DNA of 64,000 nt from an uncultured Verrucomicrobia subdivision 3 bacterium (GCA_937890005.1 CALBZA010000004.1:280573-344572); one strand, 5' to 3'; shown: positions 37,103 through 46,785, counted from the stretch's first letter. The notes: generated by a model not told the origin, from the letters alone. Numbers and translations are program-made.

Positions 37103-39319
37103 TTACACCGCCCACTCCGCACACAGCAGTTTGGCCTGCTCCAGCACCGTCTGCGTGGCTTTCTCCTGTTTGTCTGGCGGATAACCGTATTTGCGCAGGA
37201 TGCGCCGAACAATGACGCGGATTTGGGCCTGCGCTGCTTCACGCAGCGTCCAGTCAATCGTCACGCTCTTGCGGACATGGGCGACCAATTCCCGCGCGAT
37301 GTCCTTCAAGGTCGGCTCGCCCAACACTTTCACGGCGCTGTCGTTGATTTCAAGCGCGTCGTAAAACGCCACTTCATCGTCGGTCAGTCCAAGTTTTTCA
37401 CCGCGCTGATGACCCTCACGCATCTTCTTGGCAAGCTCGATCAACTCGGCGATGACCTGCGCGGCCTCAATCGTGCGGTTTTGGTATTTGCGGATCGTCG
37501 CTTCCAGCATCTCGGCGAAGGAACGCGATTGAACGAGATACTTCGCTGACCGAATCTTGAGTTCGTTGTTCAGCAGCTTCTGCAACAACTCCACCGCCAG
37601 ATTGCGTTGGGGCATATGCTTAACCTCAGCAAGGAATTCATCGGACAGAATGGAAATGTCCGGTTTCTTCAAACCGGCGGCATCGAAGATGTCGATGACC
37701 TTGTCCGAAGCGATGGCGCGGGAAACGATCTGGCGCACGGCTAAATCCAGTTCTTCCGAGGATTTCTTGCCATCGCTGCCATCAACGGGCTTCGCCAACA
37801 CCGCACGCACTTCCTGGAAGAACCCAACTTCATCGCGAATCTCCAACGCCTTCTCATGCGGCACCGAGAGCGCAAATGCTTTGGAGAGTTCCGACACCGC
37901 CAGCAGATAACGCGGCTTCCCATCGGTTTGTTGCAACACATGCTCGGCAGCTTGCGCAATTAACGCCATCCGCTTTGCCGGCGCGGTCTCGGCGGCGGAT
38001 GCGTAATCAAAACCATGAAGAATGCCGCACACCTTCTCATACTTTTCCAGCATCACGGCCACGGCGTCTTCCTGGTCCAGTTTGATTTCGCCTTTGCCTT
38101 TGCTGTTGGTGTAATCCACCAGCGCCAGTTTCAATTCTTTCGCCAGCCCAAGATAATCCACCACCAACCCGCCCGGCTTGTCTTTGAACACACGATTCAC
38201 GCGGGCGATGGCCTGCATTAATCCGTGACCCTTCATCGGCTTGTCCACGTATATCGTGTGCAGGCATGGCGCGTCGAAGCCGGTCAGCCACATGTCGCGC
38301 ACGATGACGATCTTGAACGGGTGCTTCGGATTCTTGAAATTCCTCGCCAATTCCTCGCGACGCGGTTTGTTGCGGATGTGTTGTTGCCACTCCAGTTTGT
38401 CCGACGCCGAACCGGACATGACAATTTTCATCACGCCTTTATCATCGTCGTCGTGATGCCACTGTGGACGCAATTTCCGAATCTGCTCATATAGTTCCAC
38501 GCAGATGCGGCGACTCATGCCGACCACCATCGCCTTGCCGTCCATCGCGCCGAGACGCGCTTCCCAATGCTGCACCAGATCTTCGGCCAGCAGTTTCAAC
38601 CGCTTTTCCGTACCGACCATCGCTTCCAGTTGCGCCCATTTGCGACGTAAACTTTCCTTCATGGACGCCTCGGCGTCTTCGGTCACCTCTTCAAACTGAG
38701 GATCAATTCTCGGCCGTTCCTCCGGCTTCAAATCAATCTTCGCCAGTCGCGCCTCGTAATAGATTGGCACGGTGGCCTTGTCTTCCTTGGCCTGAAGGAT
38801 GTCATAGACATCAATGTAATCACCAAAGACGGCCTGGGTGTTCTTGTCACCGCTTTCAATCGGTGTGCCGGTGAAGCCGATGAACGACGCCTTGGGCAGC
38901 GCATCCCTCATGTGCCGGGCAAAGCCATCGATGAAATCGTATTGGCTGCGGTGTGCCTCATCGGCGATGACGACGATGTTGCGGCGGTTCGAAAGCAGCG
39001 GATGCTTGCCTGCTTTTGGAGCGCGGCTCTGTGAGCCGCAGCACTCCGCCTTACCTACGGCCTCGGGAGTTTCCGACGCGTTCTTGTCTGTCAATGCGCT
39101 GCGGGTCGCAGACCCGCGGTCCGTGTCCGGGAAAAACTTCTGAATGGTCGTGAACACCACGCCTCCGCCCGCCACTTTCAACAGCTCGCGCAGATGTTCC
39201 CGGCTCCCGGCTTGAATCGGTTGCTGTCGCAATAGGTCTGCGCAGGCCGAGAATGTGTCACAAAGCTGATTGTCCAGATCGTTGCGATCGGTGAGCACGA
39301 CGACTGTTGGATTTTCCAT
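37103..39319 (-). pseudogene. hsdR: type I restriction enzyme R subunit, 5'-truncated (lacks nuclease domain and Walker A)
   Basis: The 738-aa open frame begins at [19 protein letters not shown] (helicase motif Ia region). It continues through [13 protein letters not shown] and GFDAP to a DUF3387-type C-terminus. The expected ~300 N-terminal residues have no room upstream. It may still be expressed as a truncated protein. Confidence 0.8.
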
Positions 39320-39578
39320 CGCCGGGTGCTGAATGACCGCGTTTTGCCAGACCCATTTGCTCCGACCACAACGAGCACGAGGTCTTTTAGAGGCAAGCTG
39401 GACGGGTGGGAGAGTTGTTCGTGGTCATTATGAAAGATCTTCGATGATGGTCTTAATCCGGCTTTCTCGGAAGTTTCCAAACTCCTTTGTGTTTCATCTT
39501 GTGGCCCTTTCCGTTTAAACGCGCCACATGCATTGCATCTTCGGTCGGAAGAGAAATGTTTGAGGTGACGTCCGGGCA

Positions 39579-40251
39579 CTAAATCGAGTGGCTGTGGTTT
39601 ACACGCAACTCGCCCGAGAGCAGCTTGCGCAGCGCCGCGAGAGTGAGGTGGGTGTGATCAACGCACTTCACGTGACCTCCTCTTTCGTTGGCGGCTTCTT
39701 CGGTGATACAGCCCGATGTTTTCCATGAGGCAATGCGCCATTGAATTGGTCAGGGCAAATTCCCACGCCTCTTGTACCGTCAACCGTCCACCCTTGCGAT
39801 CATCGAGGTGCGCATTGGGACTGCCGTATGGCCACACCCGCAAGACATACGTCCCTTTGGGCGGACAACGCCGCAATTCCCACTGCCAATTCAGGTTTTC
39901 ATCATGGCCCGACAGCGGCACTCCCGCACGTCGCGGAACGCGGACTTCTTCCGGTACCACCAAATCGGCCGGCCATGCAGCGGAACTCAAAACAACCTGC
40001 TTCCATCTGGGAAGCTTGGGCCAAAGCGATTTCACCCGAATGCTCACGTTTGGGATTCCACCAGTTTTTCAGCCACCGGGACGTTTGCCTACCGAAGCAT
40101 TCGCGGAGGTAGGCGCAACTCGCCGGAGAGCAGCTTGAGTAACGATGATTGGCTTACCACTAAGCTCCTCGGCGCAGAGGTCTCCCACGAACGGCCAACC
40201 ATGCGTAATTTGAACTGCATCACCAAGACGCATTTCCCTCCACCCGTTCAC
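39579..40251 (-). pseudogene. hsdS: type I R-M specificity subunit remnants (frameshifted/deleted)
   Basis: N-terminus MNGWREMRLGDAVQITHGWPF (40251 downward). The conserved central motif LLKLLSGELRL (40113-40136) and C-terminal motif LRKLLSGELRV-stop (39603-39626, stop at 39579-39581) are in different frames. The two motif-coding 24-mers differ at a single base. Confidence 0.65.
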
Positions 40252-40359
40252 TTGCGGCCTCCTTTCCCGCGCGGCGCGCCAGCCGGTGACAAATGGGACG
40301 GGTGCGACGGATGAGCGCCATTGATCGCATGGGTTGCGTTTGTCGTATTCTGTTTTCGG

Positions 40360-41010
40360 TCAGCCATGCGCGCCTCCCCGTGATTGTCTGGCGCGCGCGG
40401 CCAATCGGGCGCGGGTCATGCGTTCGCGCAGGCCGCCTTCTGCCAGAAAATCTTTTTCCAGCCGGCGGAGTTGCTGGTCGAGCAGGTAGTTGGCCTGATG
40501 GATGAGGCTGATGAGTATGTTCGCCACCGTTTCTGCCGGGCGGGTTTCTATGAACTCGCGAAAGTCTTCGTAGGAAAGGTTATCCTTTTTACCCAGCTTG
40601 CGCACGTAGAGGGCTTCCTTGGAATTCTTGTCCCAGAGTTTATGGCCGTGCTGGCGCAGGTAATCCTGATAATCGCCCAACAATTCCTCCAGGCTGGCGC
40701 GGGCCACGTTGGTGAGTTTGAGTTCGGCTTCCTTGGATGTACCGGAGATGCGGCTGCCTTCGGCGATGTTTTTGTTGCCGCTGCGCGCGGCCTGCACCAT
40801 CTGGTCGTGGGTGCGAGAACGCTTGTCTATAAAACGGTCGCAGAAGCGAATGGTGGCGTCGTAAATGATCTGGGTTTTCGGGTAGGAGAAGAGTTTTTCG
40901 TAACCGCCGTGCAGAGGGATGAAGCCTTCATGCGACTCACGGGACGGAGGTGATGGACGTGCGTCAGTCGCCTTGGTTGCATCGGTCGCATTTTTCTTCC
41001 GCTCAGGCAT
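40360..41010 (-). CDS. four-helix-bundle protein (23S rRNA intervening-sequence-protein family) with C-terminal suffix domain
   Basis: 216-aa intact ORF. The pattern Y.KTQIIYDATIRFCDRF....SRTHDQMVQAARSGNKNIAEG is typical of this family, which is commonly embedded in type I R-M loci. Confidence 0.8.
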   Translation of the reverse strand: MPERKKNATDATKATDARPSPPSRESHEGFIPLHGGYEKLFSYPKTQIIYDATIRFCDRFIDKRSRTHDQMVQAARSGNKNIAEGSRISGTSKEAELKLTNVARASLEELLGDYQDYLRQHGHKLWDKNSKEALYVRKLGKKDNLSYEDFREFIETRPAETVANILISLIHQANYLLDQQLRRLEKDFLAEGGLRERMTRARLAARARQSRGGAHG

Positions 41011-41415
41011 GGCTCAAGTTTTTCAGACTCTGCCGAATCGCCTTCTCCAGTTTGGCCGATTCCGCGAATTGGACTTGGCTTTGGCGTTGATGGTGTGCCA
41101 GCGGGCTTCGGGCGGCAGCCAGAAGACATTGGCGGCGAGGTACTCGTCGCGTTCGTTGGCGGCGGCTTCGCGCTGCTTCTCGTCCTTGATGTAGTAATCG
41201 CTCTTGGGATTGGAAAAGCCGAAGAGGAGTTGCTCGCGTTTTTCCTCGAAGGCGTCGGAGATGTATTTCAGGAAGATGAGCCCAAGGACAACGTGCTTGT
41301 ATTCTGAAGCGTCCATGTGGCCTCCCATCTTGTCAGCGGCGGCCCAAAGTTGGGCTTCGAAATTGAGGCCGGAGTCGGTTGTGGATTTGGTTTTTGAGCC
41401 TTTGCCTTTTTTCAC
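41003..41415 (-). pseudogene. hsdM: type I R-M methyltransferase subunit remnant (N-terminal HsdM_N part plus out-of-frame C-terminal tail; catalytic core deleted)
   Basis: 41415..41023 encodes FEAQLWAAADKMGGHMDASEYKHVVLGLIFLKYISDAFEE...VFWLPPEARW, then stops. A second frame (~41078..41003) reads QFAESAKLEKAIRQSLKNLSHA-stop, an HsdM-like C-terminus. Its TGA overlaps the start of the next gene (ATGCCTGA). Confidence 0.7.
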
Positions 41416-41690
41416 AGATTCGCCTTGCGCGGGTTGACCCTAAAATCAGGACGCGAGAAGTCCTGGATTTGCCAACCGCCCGGCACGTTGTAGCCAACGA
41501 ATCTCGCCATGTCGAGCGCGGGTAATTCCGGAGATTAATCGTCAGATGAACCGAAATCCGCGTGTTAGTGATGTCGTTTCCCTGCGAGTCGTGGCTCGGA
41601 AATTCCTGATCCTTGGCGCCTCTGCGTTCAAAAGATTCTGTTGGCCGCAATTCCACTTGCCACTCGGGACGGCGTTCTTAGCGTGAAGAG

Positions 41691-43337
41691 GTGATCACTC
41701 GCAGAGTTTTGTGTTGGCTTGTCGCTGGTGGCGTCTGCTTCTGCTTTGGTGCGGCCGTTTCGGAAATGTTCGCAGGCACGATATCGCTTCAGCGGACACC
41801 GATTCTTACCGCCACATTGCCGACCAATACGACGTATCAGGTGGAGGCGTCCCTCAACGGTGGTGCCTGGGAACCGACCGGGGTGTTGATCGCGGGAACG
41901 GGGATGCCGATTGCGGTGCGGCTGGATGGATTGTCCGCTTCGATGGCTTATCGGTTTTCGCGTGTTGGTGGCGCAGATCTGATCACGCCGACTGTGACGA
42001 ATGGCTGGCATGTGGGAGGTTCGTTTCCGAACGCGAAAGAGGTGCGGATTGAAACGAGTTTCACGTTGACGACGAATGATTGGAAGCACTTTGCTTTCGC
42101 GGTTCCCGATTCGACCGGTTCCTTCGTGCGTGCGTGGCGGGCGCCGTGGACTTCCCCGACCTTTTTCCGGGCACTGCAACCGGCCGCGCCGCTGGAGCGT
42201 GTCTCGTTGAGCAGCTATTTGGCAGGCGCGGATGGCGCTTCCGGCTTTGGCATCGTGGCGGATGACATGCCTCAGTTGTATCGCGACGGTTTCATCTGCG
42301 CGCCGTGTCCGGCGTTTTATCATCGCGATGGCAAGAACGCGGCGGCGGCGGGTGAATGTTATGAGCTGGCAGGTCCGTTCGGCACGGTGACGGTCATGGT
42401 CGGTGATATCAACTTCGTGCCGTATCCGGGCACTTGCGATTCGGGTCGCATGCATTTCGATATTGGCGAACCCGCTTTTGCGGCGCTGTTCGGAACGCAG
42501 GCTGGATTGGGCATGGCGACCTGTCGTCTGGTGCCCGCGCCGGTGGAGGGCAATCTGAAGATGGTGGTGGTTCTATCCAGCGCGCCCTATTACGTCGAGC
42601 TGCGGCCTTACAATCATCGCGCCGGTGTCAGTAAAGTCGAAATTCAGAACGCGGGAAGCGGGACCTGGTTCGAACTGCCGCGCTCCGATTACAACAGTTT
42701 TATTTTCAACGGCGGCATCCTGAGTTTTCCCGTGAAGGTGCGCATCACCAGCCGGTTTGGGGAAGTCGTTGAATTTCCATCGATCACCAACATGCTTGCG
42801 GGAGAGCGATTCACCGCGAACGCGCAGTTCACGAATTTCCCGAGCCAGTCGCCAGCGCCGATCTGGATTCAACCGCCCGTTTACACGGACAGCCTGAGCA
42901 ACATGCTCGGCTCGATCTGGACTGCCTCTGGCTACAACGTCACGACGATCGATCCCAATCATGCCGTCACCGTTTATGAAGGGACGGCGTGTCTGCGCAT
43001 TGCGGGCATGGGAGCGTTCGGCAGCGTCAACTTTTCGTATCCGCATGCCTTTCCCAACGAGGCCGATGGCTTTCTGGAATTCGCGATCCGGTCGGGCGGA
43101 GCGGTGCCGGTGGAGAATGTGACGATGTCATTCACCGGTTACGATGGCGACGGCAACTTCGTGGAATCAGTGCCGGTGACGCTTCCGACAATTGGCACCT
43201 CATGGAAAGTGATGCGAATTCCGCTGGCGCCCGCGCTGGCTCCGGAGCGGCTTATTCAATTTCGAATCCAGAATAATTCCGCCGCGTCGATCGATTCGTT
43301 GCTGCTGGATTCGATTGGCTTTCGGAATCTTCATTAG
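41691..43337 (+). CDS. secreted expansin-like protein (DPBB domain plus CBM63-like domain) with extra N- and C-terminal beta domains
   Basis: 548-aa ORF with GTG start and a signal peptide. The central region AAAGECYELAGPFGTVTVMVGDINFVP..C..GRMHFDIGEPAFAAL...CRLVPAPVEGNL is followed by YYVELRPYNHRAGVSKVEIQNAGSGTWFELPRSDYNSF...FPVKVRITSRFGEVV. This matches the two-domain expansin pattern. Confidence 0.7.
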   Translation: MITRRVLCWLVAGGVCFCFGAAVSEMFAGTISLQRTPILTATLPTNTTYQVEASLNGGAWEPTGVLIAGTGMPIAVRLDGLSASMAYRFSRVGGADLITPTVTNGWHVGGSFPNAKEVRIETSFTLTTNDWKHFAFAVPDSTGSFVRAWRAPWTSPTFFRALQPAAPLERVSLSSYLAGADGASGFGIVADDMPQLYRDGFICAPCPAFYHRDGKNAAAAGECYELAGPFGTVTVMVGDINFVPYPGTCDSGRMHFDIGEPAFAALFGTQAGLGMATCRLVPAPVEGNLKMVVVLSSAPYYVELRPYNHRAGVSKVEIQNAGSGTWFELPRSDYNSFIFNGGILSFPVKVRITSRFGEVVEFPSITNMLAGERFTANAQFTNFPSQSPAPIWIQPPVYTDSLSNMLGSIWTASGYNVTTIDPNHAVTVYEGTACLRIAGMGAFGSVNFSYPHAFPNEADGFLEFAIRSGGAVPVENVTMSFTGYDGDGNFVESVPVTLPTIGTSWKVMRIPLAPALAPERLIQFRIQNNSAASIDSLLLDSIGFRNLH

Positions 43338-43350
43338 GCCTTGGGCATTG

Positions 43351-43385
43351 AGCCGCCTCGTCACCTCGGCGGCTACAGTTTTAAA
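43351..43385 (+). terminator. hairpin plus T-run between convergent genes
   Basis: agccgcc (43351-57), a 10-nt loop, ggcggct (43368-74), then acagtttta. It starts 14 nt after the stop of the expansin-like gene. Confidence 0.5.
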
Positions 43386-43418
43386 ACCGCTCGAATCTGA
43401 TGAATCGAGCTATCAATC

Positions 43419-43976
43419 TCACGGAACCCGCATTGCGTTCGGATCCATGTCGTCGCCCGTCACGCTGCCGTCGGAGTAGAGAATATGGCCGTCGATCGGG
43501 CAAACGATCAGGACCACAGGCGGGTTTTCGGTCACGTTTGTCAGCTCGCGAATGCGATACGTGATGTTCTCGTTGGAAAGAGTTTCAAAATTCGGTGCGG
43601 CCTGACGCTTCCGATCCTTTGGGCAGACCAGAATCCGGGGTGTTGAAAGTTCCCACTGAATTGCTTTGAAGATTCCAGTCGGGTTCAGAATGAATCCTTC
43701 ATGATCCGCGGTACACAATTCCATGGCTCCTCCGCTATTGGTGCTGACATTAAACGGATACTTGTCGTCGTTGTCGCCAGACCAAACTCTGAGCGCAAGC
43801 CCGAGCTGTTTCAGATTGTTCACGCAGCTGATTCGCTGCGCTTTCATTTTTCCGCGATACGGATCGGACGATTGCCTCCACAGAAAGACGGCTGTCGCTG
43901 ACGCAACCATGACAACAACCAGCCAGACGATTGTTCGGAGTTTTGCGTGATTGCCTGGTTCCTTTTTGATCTCCAT
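43419..43976 (-). CDS. membrane-anchored pseudopilin-like protein (DUF1559-type CxNNLKQ motif) lacking a canonical prepilin leader
   Basis: 185-aa ORF with a TM helix (IVWLVVVMVASATAVFLW) followed by KAQRISCVNNLKQLGLALRVWSGDNDDKYP. That sequence normally follows the prepilin helix in Verrucomicrobia/Planctomycetes pseudopilins. Confidence 0.65.
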   Translation of the reverse strand: MEIKKEPGNHAKLRTIVWLVVVMVASATAVFLWRQSSDPYRGKMKAQRISCVNNLKQLGLALRVWSGDNDDKYPFNVSTNSGGAMELCTADHEGFILNPTGIFKAIQWELSTPRILVCPKDRKRQAAPNFETLSNENITYRIRELTNVTENPPVVLIVCPIDGHILYSDGSVTGDDMDPNAMRVP

Positions 43977-44190
43977 AGGGTTTGCCTCCTCGCTCGAATA
44001 TGCCGCCCTGTTGTAGCCGCTGAACCCGGGCGTGTCGAGAGTGTGATGTTTTCAGAATCGCCTCGCGATTTCCTGTGGTCTGAGCGATTCTTTCCCGGTC
44101 CTAATTCTCTCAATAACGGGCTCTGTCGAAGCGTTCGCTCCTGTCCGTGCGTTCAAGCTTCGCGGATGAACAGCAGCCATCAGGATCGTT

Positions 44191-46779
44191 ATGAACATCA
44201 AGGAATTCGAGTGGTCCGGGCATTGCGTAAAAGAAAACCGATCCACATTCGGCGGGAGACGGTTCTGCGGTTCGACGTGTGGCAAACCTTGGCGATCAAC
44301 CCGAAGCCGACTGGCCGTGATCACAACCGTTTTTCTCGCCTTTGCTGCAACTGGATTTGTTCGAGCTGCAGACCGGACATGGATCGGCGGCAATGCGAAC
44401 TGGGATTCGGCTGTAGGAAGATGGAGTCCCGCCGACGAGCCTGATCCCGACGACGTCGCGATCTTCAACACGTCCGATGTCGTGAATCTCGCCATGGACA
44501 ACAGCGTTCTCGGACTGACGTTGTCCGGCGGGATAGATCTCAACACGAGCGGTTACAACCTGGACGTGGACGGAGAAGTACAGCTGTCGGGTGCATCCAC
44601 CATTTTGATCGTCGGAGGCAGCGATTCACTTCTCACGGCCGACCGCATCACATTGAACAGCGGGAGCACCCTGCGTTTGAACGGCGGAACGGTTGTGTTG
44701 AACGAAGAGAGTGGAACCGCTCTTTTTGACATCAACGCCAATGGCACGCTGGGCGGCAACGGCGTGGTCAACCTTACAGATGCTGTCGCGTCGGGAGCGA
44801 CTTTGTTCGTTGTGGACGGAACGATCTCAGCTGCGTCCACTGTTCCGGGCGATTTGCTCGGCATCTCCGCCGCCACGTTGACAATTGCCGCCACCGATCT
44901 CGATGCGCGGATCGATCTGGACGGCGCTGCCGAAGCGGGCGTTGTCAATGTGGGTGTGAATGACACGCTTGAGGTGAACATTGCCCTGGCGGACATTTTC
45001 AATGGGACAATAAATCTCAGCCAGGGGTCCACCCTTCGCATGATCGCTCCATGGCAGGTGGGCGGCGGTTCAAGGATCAACGCGAACACATTGTCATTGA
45101 TCTCCGGCAATCCAGGACCTGCCGCAACCATTGCGGGAGCCGCAGTTACTCAGCTCTCCGGCATGATTGTGCTGGATGCGGAGGATTCGTTACGGTTCTC
45201 GGCGCCATTCACATCGAACGGTGGAACGATTTCCAACGCCGGCCACATCATCTTCAACGCGGAGTGCACGATTTCGGACGGAGCAAACCTGTTGATGGTT
45301 GGTAACGTCGCATCGATCACCGTCAACACGAATGCCGTCGTGAACATCAGCGATCCGGATTTCAATCTCGATGGCGGCGGATTTCCCGGCAACGTCGTGA
45401 CGATCCACAGCGGCGGAGTATTGGACCTCGATCTTGGCGCCGGCGCGGATGAATCGCTCTCGGGCACGATCAATCTCAACGGAGGCGAACTGAACGTAAC
45501 CACCCTGGACAACAACTGGGGCATCAATGGCATCGTCAATGTCGGGGCAAACACGGGCATCTCGCGGATCAGTGGTGAGGAAGTCACGATCACCGGAGCC
45601 ACGCTGACGGTCGGCACGAACTCCACGCTGGAACTCAATGCGCCCCGGATCTGGACCGGAACCGCGAATCTCGTTTTGAACGCGGGAACCTTTCGCTCTC
45701 TCGGCGCGACGGATTTTGCCGGCATTTTGACTGTGGGAGCTGCCGGAGAATCGGCATTGCGTGTTGGAAGTGCGTTTGCTTTTGGAAACAGCAGCGCCAC
45801 GACCTTGAATGGCAATCTGCAGCTCGACAATCCCACGACGGTTGTGCAGCCCGGGGCCGTTTTCTCCGGGAACGCGGCATTGATCAATCGCCCTGGACGC
45901 GTATTGCGCCTGTTGGACGGCATTGCGAGCGGCAGCTTGAATGTGCTCATCCAAAATGAGGGGACGTTGCAACTCGGCGCATTGAACACGGACGCGCAAG
46001 TGGGCGGAGCGAGCTTCCAGCAAACTTCGTCGGGCGCCTTGCAGATCGATATCGGCGGCACGGATCTGAACGCGTTTGATCGGTTCAGTCTCACCGGCGC
46101 GGCGACGTTGTCGGGCGAACTGAGACTGTCGCTCATCGGCGGGTTCGTTCCGGCGCCGGGCCAGACGTTCGACATCCTCACTGCGTCGGCGATCACCGGG
46201 AAGTTCACGAAAGTGAATCAGCCTGCCGGGATGCCCGCGGGAACTGCGTTTTCAGTTTCCTACAGTCCGACTGCTGTCCGTTTGACCGTCACGACTCCGT
46301 ATGAGGCATGGATCAATTCGTTCGAATCGCTCACGAACGTGGCGGACAAATTGAAAACCGCTGATCCGGACAACGACGATCAGAACAACCTGGTGGAATT
46401 TGCGCTGGACGGTGATCCCACCAACGCACTCGCCACGGGCAAAGTGGTGGTGAAGGTCGCGCCGATCAGTGGGGTGGAAGCGCTGACCCTGACACTTCCC
46501 GTGCGCACTGGGACGACATTGGATCCGTCCGATCCTGCAGGCGGACCGGTCGTTCTCAAACACGCGGGCGACGCGGTTTCCTACAGTATTGAGGCCTCGG
46601 AAGAGCTCACGAATTCAAGTTGGACATTGGACGCGACGGAAGTGATTGGTGCCGATGCGACAAGCATTCAATCTGGATTGCCTGTGTTGAGCACTGGTTG
46701 GGTTTATCGCACGTTGCGCAGTCCGGGGCCGGTGGTTGGAGATCCGGAGGAATATATGCACCTTGTCGTCGGTGATTGA
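44191..46779 (+). CDS. large secreted autotransporter-associated beta-strand-repeat protein
   Basis: 862-aa ORF. A signal-like segment AVITTVFLAFAATGFVRAA is followed by DRTWIGGNANWDSAVGRWSP and long G/T/N/L-rich beta-helix-type repeats. The C-terminal DPDNDDQNNLVEFALDGDPT module is also present. Confidence 0.8.
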   Translation: MNIKEFEWSGHCVKENRSTFGGRRFCGSTCGKPWRSTRSRLAVITTVFLAFAATGFVRAADRTWIGGNANWDSAVGRWSPADEPDPDDVAIFNTSDVVNLAMDNSVLGLTLSGGIDLNTSGYNLDVDGEVQLSGASTILIVGGSDSLLTADRITLNSGSTLRLNGGTVVLNEESGTALFDINANGTLGGNGVVNLTDAVASGATLFVVDGTISAASTVPGDLLGISAATLTIAATDLDARIDLDGAAEAGVVNVGVNDTLEVNIALADIFNGTINLSQGSTLRMIAPWQVGGGSRINANTLSLISGNPGPAATIAGAAVTQLSGMIVLDAEDSLRFSAPFTSNGGTISNAGHIIFNAECTISDGANLLMVGNVASITVNTNAVVNISDPDFNLDGGGFPGNVVTIHSGGVLDLDLGAGADESLSGTINLNGGELNVTTLDNNWGINGIVNVGANTGISRISGEEVTITGATLTVGTNSTLELNAPRIWTGTANLVLNAGTFRSLGATDFAGILTVGAAGESALRVGSAFAFGNSSATTLNGNLQLDNPTTVVQPGAVFSGNAALINRPGRVLRLLDGIASGSLNVLIQNEGTLQLGALNTDAQVGGASFQQTSSGALQIDIGGTDLNAFDRFSLTGAATLSGELRLSLIGGFVPAPGQTFDILTASAITGKFTKVNQPAGMPAGTAFSVSYSPTAVRLTVTTPYEAWINSFESLTNVADKLKTADPDNDDQNNLVEFALDGDPTNALATGKVVVKVAPISGVEALTLTLPVRTGTTLDPSDPAGGPVVLKHAGDAVSYSIEASEELTNSSWTLDATEVIGADATSIQSGLPVLSTGWVYRTLRSPGPVVGDPEEYMHLVVGD

Positions 46780-46785
46780 GAGGGT

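Noticed and set aside
36963-37215. ORFs translating to MVLWSYGPMVLWSYGP... repeats.
   Set aside because: They are simply the 8-bp microsatellite read in three frames (8 aa period = 3 x 8 nt). This is not a protein.
39658-40314. Overlapping ORFs in several frames (39658..40047 minus; 39716..40138, 39741..40112 and 39772..40314 plus) within the R-M locus.
   Set aside because: No frame gives a recognisable domain apart from short HsdS motifs. I interpret the region as frameshifted hsdS debris. I could not support an independent gene (e.g. toxin or nuclease) from sequence alone.
41440-41690. Imperfect hairpin aaatcaggac-gcgagaa-gtcctggattt and surrounding 250-bp spacer upstream of the hsdM remnant.
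   Set aside because: It is a single bulged stem with no T-run or repeat partner in the window, which is insufficient to call a regulatory element.
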